Position numbers and translations under genes: made by a program. A stretch of 64,000 nucleotides of DNA from a bacterium. Lineage in GTDB: Bacteria > Electryoneota > Electryoneia > Electryoneales > Electryoneaceae. Below, one piece after another: positions 27,020 to 36,918 of the stretch; positions within the stretch are counted from its first letter, which is position 1, and each line of letters begins with the position of its first letter. The stretch spans positions 3,616,001 through 3,680,000 of the forward strand of contig CAXXKJ010000002.1 of assembly GCA_963675295.2 (NCBI GenBank), read 5' to 3'. A model generated the notes under the pieces. The model was not told the DNA's origin. It saw nothing but the letters and a program-made list of their open reading frames with translations, and did no database searches.

Positions 27020-30000
27020 TCAGCCGACGGTCTCCAGCCGCAGGTTGCCTTCGCCAAGCAGCTCTTCGACCGCCTTGATGAACTCGTGGTGCGGGTTGAC
27101 CTTGTAGCGTTCGCTGGTCATCACCCAGCGGCCACCGTCGCCATTGTGGAAGTGGATTTTCAGCGCCACCCCACCCGGATTGTCGCGGAGAATCTTTTCG
27201 AGGTCGAACATCGCCTGCGCGTCCCGGTCGCTGTCCCAGCGGATTCTCACCGCGCGGATCAGGCGTTTCGTCGCGACTTCCAGCGCTTCCATGTCCTCAA
27301 CGATCAGCTCGACCTGTTCCTGCTGAATCTTCACCTTGCCGGCGATCAGGAACGGTTCATCATCCTTCATCACTTCGCGGACCTTCTCGAATGCGCGCGG
27401 GAAGATCAGAACCGGGATAATGCCGGTGAGGTCCTCGAGCTTGGCCCGCGCCATCATGTCGCCGTTCCGGGTCTGGCGTTTCTCGATCGAGTTGAGCAGG
27501 CCAACGAGTCGCAGCGAGGTGCCGTCCTGCAATTCGGGCAGGTCGACGATTTTGTGCATCGAAAGCGCGTCTGCTTCGAGACGGTAGCGTAACAAGGGAT
27601 GTCCTGAGAAGTAGAAGCCGAGCCGTTCGCGTTCGGCGGTGAGCAGATCCTTGACACTCATTTCCGGCGCGTGCGGCATTTCCGGGCGTGGCAGGCCGCC
27701 CATGTCATCATCGTCACCTTCATCGCCGCCGCCGAACAGGCTCACCTGCCCGCGCGCCTTCTCTTCCTGCAGCTGACGGCCATAGGTCATCGCGCGTTCG
27801 ACGCACTGGTACTGCTGGTTGCGGTGACCGTCCAGCTCACGTGCCGCCCCGGCGAGGATCAGGTTTTCGAGCACCGCCCGGGTGACCATGCGGTTGTCGA
27901 TCCGTCCCGCGAGGTCAAACAGGTCGCGGAAGGTGCCACCGGAATCGCGTGCGCCGAGGATGTTCTGGATCGCGCCGGAGCCGACGCCCTTGATCGCGGT
28001 GAGGCCGAAGCGCACCTCGCCGTTTTCGGTGACGGTAAAGTCTTCTTCCGACTCGTTGATGTTCGGCGGCAGCACTGGAATGCCCATGCGGCGGCATTCC
28101 TCGAGGAACAGTACGACTTCGTCCGTGTTGTCCTTGCGGCTCGTCATCGACGCCGCCATGAACTCGGCCGGGAAGTGCGTTTTCAGATAGCCGGTCTGAT
28201 AGGCGACCAGCGAATAGCCTGCGGCGTGGGACTTGTTGAAGCCGTAGGACGCGAACTTCTCGATCAACGCCCACAGCTCCATCGCTTTGGACCTGTCGAG
28301 GCCGGATTCGCGGCAACCGTCGATGAACTCGGGCATCATCTCGTTCATCAACCTCAGCTTCTTCTTGCCCATCGCACGGCGCAGCAAGTCGGCTCGACCG
28401 AGGCTGAAGCCAGCGATCTGGTTCGCGATCTGCATCACTTGTTCCTGGTAGACGATGATGCCGTACGTCTCGTCCAGGATCGGCGCCAGTTTCGGATGCA
28501 GGTAGGTGACTTTCTGGCGGCCGTGTTTACGCGCGATGAAGTCGTCGATGTTCGCCATCGGACCCGGGCGGTAAAGCGCGTTCATCGCGATCAGGTCTTC
28601 CAACCGTTCCGGCTGCAGCTTGCGCAGGTTCTCCCGCATGCCGCCTGATTCAAACTGGAAGATGCCGATGGTATCACCGCGGGCGAACAGATCGTAGGTC
28701 GGCTTGTCGTCAACGGGGATCTCATCCAGCTCCAGCTCGACGCCTTTCTTCCGGATCAACGCGAGCGCGTTCTCGAGAATCGTCAGCGTTTTCAACCCGA
28801 GGAAGTCGACCTTGAGCAGCCCCAGCGCTTCGGAGTTGTTCATGTCGAACTGGACGACGACACCCTGATCACCGGCCTTGCTCAACGGGGCAAATTCGGT
28901 GATCGGCTCGGGGGTGATGATGACACCGGCGGCGTGCACGCCCTGGTTGCGCACGGTGCCCTCAAGGGTCAGCGCGCGGTCCATCAGCTCTCGATATTCC
29001 GGCCTCGAGTCGATCAACTCCCGCAGTTCCGGCACTTCCTTCAGCGCTTCGTTCAGCTTCTTCGCCTTGCCCTGCACGGGGTCGGGAATCAGCTTCGCGA
29101 TGGCGTTGACCTCGTCCAGGGGGAGTGCCATCACCCGGCCAACGTCCCGGATCACCTGCTTCGACAGCATGCGGCCGAAGGTGATGATCTGCGAAACACA
29201 GTCCGCGCCGTACTTCTTGCGCACATATTCGATCACTTCCCCACGGCGGGCGTCGGAGAAGTCAACGTCGATATCGGGGTAGGATTCACGTTCCGGGTTG
29301 ATGAACCGTTCGAACAGCAGGTTGTAGCGCATCGGGTCGATGTTCGTGATCCCGATGAGGTACGAGACCAGCGACCCCGCCGCGCTGCCACGCCCCGGCC
29401 CGACCGGGATCAGGCGTTCCTTGGCGAACATGATGAAGTCGCGCACGATCAGGAAATACGACGACAGGTGCTTGGTCTGGATGATGTCGAGCTCGAATTC
29501 CATCCGCTGGTAGAGGTCGTCCGTGACCTCGTCGTAGCGCTCCGGCAGCCCTTCCTCGCACAGCATCCGCAAATACTCGAAGTCGTCCGAGACATCGGCG
29601 TCGGTGGGAATGGTGAACTCGGGGAAGTGCTTCTCACCGAACTTGAGCTCGAAGTCGATCTTGTTCGCGATCTCAAGCGTATTCGAGATGGCTTCGGGCA
29701 CATCCGCGAACAACGCCTGCATTTCCTCCGGGGATTTGAAGTAGTACTGGTCCCCGGGCAATTTCGGGCGCGACGGGTTGTTGATGTCGGTGCGCATGCC
29801 GACGCAACGTAGCACGTCATGCGCCTCGGCGTGTTCCTGCTTCAGGTAATGGACGTGGTTCGATGCGACCACCGGAATGCCCAGTTCCTTGCCCAGCTCG
29901 ATGTGGAATTGGTTGTTGCGTTTCTCGTCGTCGAGCTGATGGTCCATCAGTTCGAGGTAGAAGTCGTCGCCGAACAGTTCACGCAGCCGCAGGACGACAT

Positions 30001-30475
30001 TGCGCGCTTCGTCTTCCTTGCCCAGCGACAGCATGCGGTTCGCGTGGCTGAGCGGCGATCCGGAGAGGCAGATCAGGCCTTCGTGATGCTTCACCAGCAG
30101 TTCATAGTCGATGCGCGGTTTGTAGTAAAAACCCTGCAGGTAGGCCTTGGACGACAGCTTCATCAGGTTGCGCCAGCCGGTGGAATTCTTGACCAGCAGC
30201 GGCAGATGGTACAGGGTCGGGATGCGACCGTGCATGTCCGGCCCATGATCCTTGCGGTTGCCTTCGATGACGAAGAATTCGGCGCCGAGGATCGGTTTGA
30301 CGCCGGCCCTTTGCATCGCCTGGAAGAATTCCGGCGCGCCGCAGAGGTTGCCGTAGTCGGTCAGCGCGACGGCCGGCAGTTGCATCCGTTCCGCTTCCTC
30401 GGCCAGTTCCTTGATGTGGATGGTGGCTTCGAGGAAGCTGTATTCGCTGTGAACGTGCAGATGGGCAAAGCTCAT
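27020..30475 (-). CDS. dnaE: DNA polymerase III alpha subunit
   Basis: HLHVHSEYS PHP domain, GPGRGSAAGS, PDIDVDF, YGFNKSH, OB fold. Confidence 0.98.
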   Translation of the reverse strand: MSFAHLHVHSEYSFLEATIHIKELAEEAERMQLPAVALTDYGNLCGAPEFFQAMQRAGVKPILGAEFFVIEGNRKDHGPDMHGRIPTLYHLPLLVKNSTGWRNLMKLSSKAYLQGFYYKPRIDYELLVKHHEGLICLSGSPLSHANRMLSLGKEDEARNVVLRLRELFGDDFYLELMDHQLDDEKRNNQFHIELGKELGIPVVASNHVHYLKQEHAEAHDVLRCVGMRTDINNPSRPKLPGDQYYFKSPEEMQALFADVPEAISNTLEIANKIDFELKFGEKHFPEFTIPTDADVSDDFEYLRMLCEEGLPERYDEVTDDLYQRMEFELDIIQTKHLSSYFLIVRDFIMFAKERLIPVGPGRGSAAGSLVSYLIGITNIDPMRYNLLFERFINPERESYPDIDVDFSDARRGEVIEYVRKKYGADCVSQIITFGRMLSKQVIRDVGRVMALPLDEVNAIAKLIPDPVQGKAKKLNEALKEVPELRELIDSRPEYRELMDRALTLEGTVRNQGVHAAGVIITPEPITEFAPLSKAGDQGVVVQFDMNNSEALGLLKVDFLGLKTLTILENALALIRKKGVELELDEIPVDDKPTYDLFARGDTIGIFQFESGGMRENLRKLQPERLEDLIAMNALYRPGPMANIDDFIARKHGRQKVTYLHPKLAPILDETYGIIVYQEQVMQIANQIAGFSLGRADLLRRAMGKKKLRLMNEMMPEFIDGCRESGLDRSKAMELWALIEKFASYGFNKSHAAGYSLVAYQTGYLKTHFPAEFMAASMTSRKDNTDEVVLFLEECRRMGIPVLPPNINESEEDFTVTENGEVRFGLTAIKGVGSGAIQNILGARDSGGTFRDLFDLAGRIDNRMVTRAVLENLILAGAARELDGHRNQQYQCVERAMTYGRQLQEEKARGQVSLFGGGDEGDDDDMGGLPRPEMPHAPEMSVKDLLTAERERLGFYFSGHPLLRYRLEADALSMHKIVDLPELQDGTSLRLVGLLNSIEKRQTRNGDMMARAKLEDLTGIIPVLIFPRAFEKVREVMKDDEPFLIAGKVKIQQEQVELIVEDMEALEVATKRLIRAVRIRWDSDRDAQAMFDLEKILRDNPGGVALKIHFHNGDGGRWVMTSERYKVNPHHEFIKAVEELLGEGNLRLETVG

Positions 30476-30579
30476 CGGGTTCTGGTATCGTAAAGGTTGA
30501 CGAAGATGTCCGGTGATGTCGCGGCGTCCCTATAGGACGCAAAAACGTCGGAAAATCGAGAAAATGTCTGGTGTTCGTC

Positions 30580-30798
30580 GTTCGTGTGGTTGAAACCACA
30601 CGCTAACCACCTCACACCGCTACGCGGTGGTTCAACCAGCCTGGAGATGTAGGTCCCGCCTTGTTCGTGTGGTTGAAACCACACGCTAACCACCCTTCAC
30701 CGCTACGCGGTGGTTCAACCAGCCTGGAGATGTAGGTCCCGCCTTGTTCGTGTGGTTGAAACCACACGCTAACCACCTCACACCGCTACGCGGTGGTT
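30580..30798. repeat. 83-bp tandem repeat x2.6 made of REP-like hairpins
   Basis: Units start at 30580, 30663, 30746; each has GTGTGGTT-GA-AACCACAC and CACCGC-TAC-GCGGTG. Confidence 0.9.
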
Positions 30799-30801
30799 GA
30801 G

Positions 30802-30861
30802 GTCCGTTGTGTCCGTTACGTCTTTTGCATCAGTTGCGTCAGTTGCGTCAGTTGCGTCCGC
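30802..30861. repeat. Nonamer array GTCAGTTGC-like x6.7 abutting the murA stop
   Basis: Same family as 17968-18018. Confidence 0.85.
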
Positions 30862-32121
30862 CTACTCACTCTTCCGTTCAATCACCGCCCCGAGCGCGCG
30901 CAACTTGTCTTCCAGTTTTTCGTAGCCACGGTCGAGATGATAGATCCGGCTGATGTGCGTTTCGCCCTGCGCCGCCAATCCGGCCAGGACGAGACACGCC
31001 GACGCGCGCAGATCAGTGGACATCACCGGCGCACCCTTCAGCTTGGACGGTCCCTGCACTTTGGCGACATTCTCCTTCATCGTCACTTTCGCGCCCAGCC
31101 GCATCAGCTCGGCGACGTGCGTGAAACGGTCCGGATAGATGGTATCGGTGACGAAACTGGCACCGTTCGCTGTCGCCATCAACGCGATCCACTGCGCCTG
31201 CATGTCGGTCGCGAAACCCGGGTAGACAGCGGTTTCGACGTCCACCGGACGTAGTTCACCGTTGTGCTTGACCCGGATGCCATCCACGGTGACGGTCACA
31301 TGCAGCCCCGCCTCAACCGACTTGGCAATCACCATCGTCAGGTGTTCCGGCTCCGCGCCCTTGAGCACGATTTCTCCGCCGGTCATTCCCACTGCCGCGA
31401 GGTACGTTCCCGCCTCGATACGATCCGGGATCACCGCCTGCTGGACGGGTTTCAGGTCACGGGTACCAACGATCCGCAAGGTGCTGGTGCCGGTGCCCTC
31501 GATGGTCGCGCCCATCTGCTGCAGCATGCGCACCAGGGCGGTGACTTCCGGCTCACGGGCGACATTGTCGAGGATCGTTTCCTCGGGAATCGTCGCCGCC
31601 ACAAGCAGCAGGTTTACCGTTGCGCCAACACTGGGAAAGCTTAATACGAAGTTGGTGCCGTGGATGATGGATGCGTCCGCGACGACGTAGCCCTCATCGA
31701 GGTCGATGCTAACCCCCATCGCCTCGAAGCCCTTCATGTGGATGTCTACCGGTCGCGGGCCCCAAGCACAGCCACCAGGCAACGAGACCTTGCCCTTGCG
31801 CAAGCGTCCGATCAACGCCCCGAGGGCGTAAAACGACGCGCGCATCGTTTTCACCAGCTCGTACGGCGCGGTGTCGGAGGTCAAGTTGGCGGCATCCAGC
31901 GACATCGTGCCGGCGTCCCGGTCGAACTCCACCTCGAGGCCGAGGTTGGCGAGTACGCGGCCCATCGTGCCGACGTCCACGAGCCGCGGAACGTTGCTCA
32001 GCGTCGTCTTGCCTGGTGCGAGCACGGCGGCGGCCATCAACGGCAGCGCAGCGTTCTTCGCCCCAGCAACCTGGATGTCGCCGTGCAGCTCATGACCGCC
32101 CTGGATGATCAGTTTGTCCAT
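30862..32121 (-). CDS. murA: UDP-N-acetylglucosamine 1-carboxyvinyltransferase
   Basis: GAKNAALP, MRAS, LPGGCAWGPRPVD, DRIEAGT, TDLRA. Confidence 0.98.
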   Translation of the reverse strand: MDKLIIQGGHELHGDIQVAGAKNAALPLMAAAVLAPGKTTLSNVPRLVDVGTMGRVLANLGLEVEFDRDAGTMSLDAANLTSDTAPYELVKTMRASFYALGALIGRLRKGKVSLPGGCAWGPRPVDIHMKGFEAMGVSIDLDEGYVVADASIIHGTNFVLSFPSVGATVNLLLVAATIPEETILDNVAREPEVTALVRMLQQMGATIEGTGTSTLRIVGTRDLKPVQQAVIPDRIEAGTYLAAVGMTGGEIVLKGAEPEHLTMVIAKSVEAGLHVTVTVDGIRVKHNGELRPVDVETAVYPGFATDMQAQWIALMATANGASFVTDTIYPDRFTHVAELMRLGAKVTMKENVAKVQGPSKLKGAPVMSTDLRASACLVLAGLAAQGETHISRIYHLDRGYEKLEDKLRALGAVIERKSE

Positions 32122-32125
32122 GGTT

Positions 32126-32160
32126 CGGCTATCGGCTATGGGCCGTTGGCTATTGGCCCG
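32126..32160. repeat. Heptamer array (C/T)GGCTAT-like x5 overlapping the recN stop
   Basis: cggctat cggctat gggccgt tggctat tggcccg. Confidence 0.7.
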
Positions 32161-33820
32161 GGTTTACGTTAGCTGGAATTTGTTCAATCAACTCCCTCGC
32201 CGCGGCACGACTGCCATCCGTAACCGACTCACCACCGAGCAGGCGCGCGATCTCGTTGACCTGTTCGTCGCTGCCGACGGCGAGTTGCCGCATCGTGACC
32301 TTGGTCGAATCGGCGCCGGTTTCCTTCTCGATCACGAAATGGTGATCCGCGAGGCTCGCGATCTGCGGGAGATGGGTCACCAGGATCACCTGCCGGATTT
32401 TGCTCAGCTCCTTCAGCCGCAGCCCGACCTGACGCGCGGTCTTTCCTGAAATGCCGGTATCGACCTCGTCAAACACCAGCACCGGCGGCAGTCCCTCCGG
32501 CGGACTCAGCCCACGCAGCAGCAGCATCATCCGGCTTAATTCACCGCCGGACGCGACACGCTGCAACGCCTTCGGTTCATGCCCCGGATTAAACGAGATG
32601 CGGAACTCGTAACGATCCCAGCCGTCCGGGCCAACGCGGTGCGTACCGCTGTGGGGAAACTCGACGGTCTCGCCCTCTTCCTCTACACGATGGATCTCGA
32701 AGCGCGGTTTCTCGACGCCGACCGACCTCAGCCCGTCCTCCATCGCGTCCTGCATTCGCGGCAGGATGGCCGCACGCGCGGCGGAGATGGCTTCGCACGC
32801 CGCTTCCCAACGTTCCAAGTGCTTCGTGATCTCGCGGTCGAGCCGGTCACGTTCCCGCTGCAGGTCTTCACTGTCCGTCTCACGCGTACGCAGATCGCGC
32901 CATGTGTCGAGCAGCGCCTGCATCGAGCCGCCGTACTTACGGATCAGACGCAACAGTTGCCCATGCCGTTCGCGCACCTCTTCCAACCGTTCCGGATCGA
33001 GGTTGACATCATCGCGACGGTTGGCGAGATCGAGGGACGCCTGGCGCAGAACGTCCAACGCTTCGTTCAGCGCTGTTTCCTGCGTGTTCAGCGACTCGTC
33101 AATGCGCGCCAGAGCGCGGACTTCCTGAATGATCGCCGCCAGCTGATCGGAGACTGGCGAATCCCCCTGGTCCAACGCGTCCACGGCGTGGCTCAGCCCG
33201 GTGAGCAACGTTTCCGCGCCCTCGAGCAGCCGGATCTCACGCTCGAGTTCGTCCTCTTCTCCGGGTTTCGGGTCGAATGCGTCGATTTCCGCGAGCTGAT
33301 ACCGTGCCAGCTCCTCGGTTTCCTTCAGTCGCGCGATGCGGGCCGTCAGCTTCGCACGTTTATCCTTCAACGTCTGATAGGTCGTGTGCAAATCCACCAG
33401 CGCGGCAACGTCCGCCTCGAAACCGCCGAAGCGGTCGATGTGCTCGAGGTGTGTCGACGGGTCGAGCAGGGTCGCGCCGTCCCGTTGCGCGGTCAGCTCC
33501 ACCCAGCGCCGTCCCTCTTCTTTCAGGGCGGCGATGGTGGTCGCGGAAGCGTCGATCCGGGCTTTTGTGCGTCCGTCCGGCCCGACCTCACGGATCAGCG
33601 CGCGGGTGGATCCGTTCTGTTCGAACATCGCTTCCACATTTGCGCGATCCTCTCGGACGATGTCCGGGTAGGCTCGTTCTCCGAGTGTCAACGCGATCGA
33701 TCCGATCAGGATCGACTTCCCGGCACCGGTTTCGCCGGTGATCACATTGAGGCCGCCGGCGAATTGTAGTGCGAGTTCGTCAACGAGCGCAATATTCTTT
33801 ATTTTCAATGATTTAAGCAA
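32150..33820 (-). CDS. recN: DNA repair protein RecN
   Basis: TGETGAGKS, ASGGELSR, FDEVDTGISG, VTHLPQIA; TTG start inferred. Confidence 0.96.
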   Translation of the reverse strand: MLKSLKIKNIALVDELALQFAGGLNVITGETGAGKSILIGSIALTLGERAYPDIVREDRANVEAMFEQNGSTRALIREVGPDGRTKARIDASATTIAALKEEGRRWVELTAQRDGATLLDPSTHLEHIDRFGGFEADVAALVDLHTTYQTLKDKRAKLTARIARLKETEELARYQLAEIDAFDPKPGEEDELEREIRLLEGAETLLTGLSHAVDALDQGDSPVSDQLAAIIQEVRALARIDESLNTQETALNEALDVLRQASLDLANRRDDVNLDPERLEEVRERHGQLLRLIRKYGGSMQALLDTWRDLRTRETDSEDLQRERDRLDREITKHLERWEAACEAISAARAAILPRMQDAMEDGLRSVGVEKPRFEIHRVEEEGETVEFPHSGTHRVGPDGWDRYEFRISFNPGHEPKALQRVASGGELSRMMLLLRGLSPPEGLPPVLVFDEVDTGISGKTARQVGLRLKELSKIRQVILVTHLPQIASLADHHFVIEKETGADSTKVTMRQLAVGSDEQVNEIARLLGGESVTDGSRAAARELIEQIPANVNPGQ

Positions 33821-33939
33821 GAACCAGCCCCGGGATGAATGACGAAAGATACGCTCCCGGATGGTGCGATTGCTCGCTCGGAGCGTCAACAAGAAGTGCT
33901 CGGATGACAGGGTGAGGCAGGAGACGGGATAAGCCAACA

Positions 33940-33967
33940 CTCCCCCCGGACATCAGCCCGGGGGGAG
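33940..33967. terminator. Perfect 10-bp hairpin after the GNAT gene
   Basis: CTCCCCCCGG...CCGGGGGGAG. Confidence 0.6.
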
Positions 33968-34012
33968 ATGAAACTAGAGCATTAAGGGAACCGAACTTTT
34001 TGCGGTTCGTGT

Positions 34013-34615
34013 TTACCCTGAATAGTCGCTGAAACTCGAGATGAGTTCTTCCATCGACTTGTGTGCACCTTCAAGATCGAGGGAATAGATGCGCATGTCG
34101 TAATAGCGGCCATACCGATCTTTGATATGATCTTTGAGGGTCGCTTCACGTGCGAATCCGAAGGTCTTCAGCATCTTGATGCCGTCAACATGGTCCTTCG
34201 TCAACTGAGCGTACAGTTTTTCGATCCCAAGCGACTGTGCGTAAGGGATCAATTCTTCGAAAAGTACAGTTGCGAGACCATAACGCCGATAGTCAGGGTG
34301 TGAGACGAAGATGACACGGCCAACATGACGCGTCCACAGCGCTTCCCCATGATAAAGGGCGAGGGAACCGATAATCTTACCATCATGCCAGGCAACGAGG
34401 AAGATGGCGCGATTGTCTTCGAGTTGACGCTTCAGGACCTGGGGGTAATGTTCGGAGTTGACGTCATAAGGCAATCGTGCAAGTGATTTGTCATCCAGGG
34501 CACTGTACATCTCCATCAGATCGTTGAGCTGGGAAGCATTCAGCAGGTTGATTTCAACTTCAAGATGCCTCCTGACCTTGATGGACAGTGGTAAGCGATT
34601 GTCTGTCTTTACCAT
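34013..34615 (-). CDS. GNAT-family N-acetyltransferase
   Basis: VSHPDYRRYGLA motif A, LKTFGF..EATLKDH. Confidence 0.88.
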   Translation of the reverse strand: MVKTDNRLPLSIKVRRHLEVEINLLNASQLNDLMEMYSALDDKSLARLPYDVNSEHYPQVLKRQLEDNRAIFLVAWHDGKIIGSLALYHGEALWTRHVGRVIFVSHPDYRRYGLATVLFEELIPYAQSLGIEKLYAQLTKDHVDGIKMLKTFGFAREATLKDHIKDRYGRYYDMRIYSLDLEGAHKSMEELISSFSDYSG

Positions 34616-35276
34616 CGGTTCCTCCGATACTCGGCGGGATTACCACCGTAAAAGGGTTGCGCGAACGGTGCGTCAAAGATCCGGATGCGGCATGAACTTG
34701 AGGGGGTTAGCTGTTCTGTAACATCCGTCGTTTCATGCCTTAGCATCAGGATACGCGTTCCCGGCGCGTTTGTCAATCGAATGTGTGAAAATCTTCATTT
34801 TGACAGCGAACTGCTACTCAAATCCTGACTCCGGAGTCATCGAATGAAACTATTTCATGTTTGAAATCGTTTTGCATTGGAGTTCGGAATGTTGCATCTT
34901 GGTTAAGTCTTCAGGGGGATGCTCATGAAGATTGAACCGAACAAGAAGTCGACCGTTTGGGGATTCGCCTCACATCGACGGCCCACCCTGTGTCAATCCC
35001 TGCGTTCTCACGGATCAGCTTTTCTGAAATTCTGGATTCAAAGTGCTAGGTAATGAGTTAGGTTTTCCTTTAAGTATTGAAAAGTCATGAATTTGGCTTG
35101 TTGAGCATGGGAAAAGTTTGGTGTAGCTAATATTTGATATATAGTTGTCAAAGGTTTGCAAAGTGTTATGAAAAACGAAAAAGGCGATGAGTTGTAAATA
35201 CGTAAGTTAGCCTGCATAAACATTTTAAAGTGTTGTTTTTCAAAGAATAAGAGGGAGACACCCTGAGAGACAGCAC

Positions 35277-35305
35277 TTGACAGAGTGTAGGATAGAGGTT
35301 ATCTT
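35277..35305 (+). promoter_or_regulatory. Near-consensus sigma-70 promoter
   Basis: TTGACA-17bp-TATCTT. Confidence 0.7.
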
Positions 35306-35310
35306 TGCGG

Positions 35311-35420
35311 CCCCGAAGAGTAGATCACAGTTGCAGGCCGGGCAGCCCTGCAGTCAACCTTCGGTCAGCTTCGCGGTAGTGAAAGAGGCGCGAGTATCCA
35401 CAGCTGCCCCGACTTGGAGG
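35311..35420 (+). ncRNA. Candidate structured 5' leader with a pseudoknot
   Basis: CCGAAG/CTTCGG, GTTGCAGG/CCTGCAGT, TCGCG/CGCGA stems; loop GGGCAGC complementary to GCTGCCC just before the RBS. Confidence 0.35.
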
Positions 35421-35429
35421 AGAGATACC

Positions 35430-35777
35430 ATGAGCCCTACCGTAGAGATGTACGAACAGAGCATGCCGACTCTGGACGAGATTGAACGTGAGCTCGAGAC
35501 GTGGGAAGAGCGTATCAATAGCTGGGCGGATCGGATTCCGTGGAGTGAGCCGGAACAGCGTGGGAATGCGTTGACGACGGCGAAGTTCCTTCGCAAGTTG
35601 GTTGCGGAAGCGTGGATTCATCTCCTCGCCTGCCGTGCCCGTGGCGCGGACTTGATGGATCCGTCGGCCTTCCGTACCCGCCGGATTTTCCGTCAGCTGA
35701 ACGAATACGCCCCCGGGTTGATCGAGAAGATGGAATCTCGTCTGCCGGAATCTGTCCCGAGCATGGCGGCTGCCTGA
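35430..35777 (+). CDS. Hypothetical helical protein (115 aa)
   Basis: GGAGGA RBS, promoter upstream, terminator downstream. Confidence 0.75.
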   Translation: MSPTVEMYEQSMPTLDEIERELETWEERINSWADRIPWSEPEQRGNALTTAKFLRKLVAEAWIHLLACRARGADLMDPSAFRTRRIFRQLNEYAPGLIEKMESRLPESVPSMAAA

Positions 35778-35813
35778 TCGATCTACGCAGCACGAGTGAC
35801 TTGCATTGACGAC

Positions 35814-35840
35814 AAAACCCCACGATTTCGTGGGGTTTTT
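35814..35840. terminator. Bidirectional intrinsic terminator
   Basis: AAAACCCCACGA-TT-TCGTGGGGTTTTT between convergent genes. Confidence 0.85.
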
Positions 35841-35871
35841 ACTCTTTCTGGTCTGGTATCCTCGCTACGGT

Positions 35872-36918
35872 TCAGCGTTGCCGTTTCCGCACCTGTATCG
35901 GCTTCAGGAACTCGCGCTCAACATTGACCAGGGTATCCGCGAACTCCAGGTCGTCCCGCAGCTTGTAGCGCACCTGCCGCCGCATGTGTGCCATTGCGCT
36001 GCCGCTGATGTTCAACTTCTCCCCCAGTTCCCGGATGCCGCCATTCCCAATCAAGTGCCGCATCGCCAGTTCGACGAGGATCTTGCGTCCCGGGTGACGG
36101 GCACGTGCGCGCAGGAGGTCGTCCGGCGGGACTTCGTAGGTTCGGGCGACGGTGCGCACCAACCGGTTGAAGCGGACACGGATCTCGTTGCGGTTGACGC
36201 CATTTCCTTTTGCCGGTGAAGGAGATTGCGCGCCAGTGCGTCCGCGCGCGCGTTCGTAATGTTCCTCGATGAACTCCCTGCTGCCGAGCAGGCTCATCGC
36301 CTTGACCTGGTCGAACACATCGGGCTGCTTGCCGGCTTTTTTCGCACCCTGCATGATGTACCAGAACGGGGCCTCGTCGGGGCGTCCCGGCTGCAGATGC
36401 GCCAGCCGTCGCACGGCTTCGCGCCGGTTGAACCACGCCGGGCCATTTTCCTGCCCGCTGTAGATCGGCAGCGAGGTCCAGCGTGTCTTCAGGATCTCGC
36501 CGATCTTGCGCGCTTCGCTCTCGTTGGACCAGTGCCCGCCGATGATCGGTGCGAGGTGGATCCGTTGCAGCACGTCGGCGAACAACGGGCCGTCCTGCAC
36601 CAGGATCGCGCGGTGCCGGTCACGGATCTTGGGCAGATCGCGAAAATTCAGCGCCTTCAACCGGTTGAAATAACCAGCCTGGCAACGGTGAATGAAGCTG
36701 GACAACGGAAGCTGCCCGGAACGGACGAACAGCAGTGCGGAATGAGGCAGCAGCGCATACGCGAACAGGGTAACGCCGTACGCTTCGGTGGCGTCCCCGA
36801 GGGACGCGAGGAACAGGCCGCGTTCTTCTTCCGACACGAACAGGTCGGTATCAGGTCGAACGCGGATCTGCAGGATGTAGAGAGCGTCGGGGATGTGGAT
36901 GCGCACGGGTCGAGCCAT
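35872..36918 (-). CDS. REP-associated tyrosine transposase (Y1/RAYT) homolog with C-terminal DnaA-C-like HTH; catalytic residues lost
   Basis: MARPVRI..PDALY, AYALLP, RAILV, IHLAP, WTS..Y.G..PAW, LLGSREF align with the MARPLRIE..PGA.YH-type RAYT family. Confidence 0.8.
   Translation of the reverse strand: MARPVRIHIPDALYILQIRVRPDTDLFVSEEERGLFLASLGDATEAYGVTLFAYALLPHSALLFVRSGQLPLSSFIHRCQAGYFNRLKALNFRDLPKIRDRHRAILVQDGPLFADVLQRIHLAPIIGGHWSNESEARKIGEILKTRWTSLPIYSGQENGPAWFNRREAVRRLAHLQPGRPDEAPFWYIMQGAKKAGKQPDVFDQVKAMSLLGSREFIEEHYERARGRTGAQSPSPAKGNGVNRNEIRVRFNRLVRTVARTYEVPPDDLLRARARHPGRKILVELAMRHLIGNGGIRELGEKLNISGSAMAHMRRQVRYKLRDDLEFADTLVNVEREFLKPIQVRKRQR

Noticed and set aside
30580-30798. CRISPR array
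   Set aside because: The sequence between hairpins is identical among units, so there are no unique spacers, and no cas genes are present
35040-35402. Replication origin
   Set aside because: AT-rich, but only one imperfect DnaA box (GTATCCACA) and no dnaA/dnaN/gidA context
35872-36918. Active IS200/IS605 transposon
   Set aside because: No HUH or catalytic Tyr, no tnpB, and the flanking hairpins look like terminators
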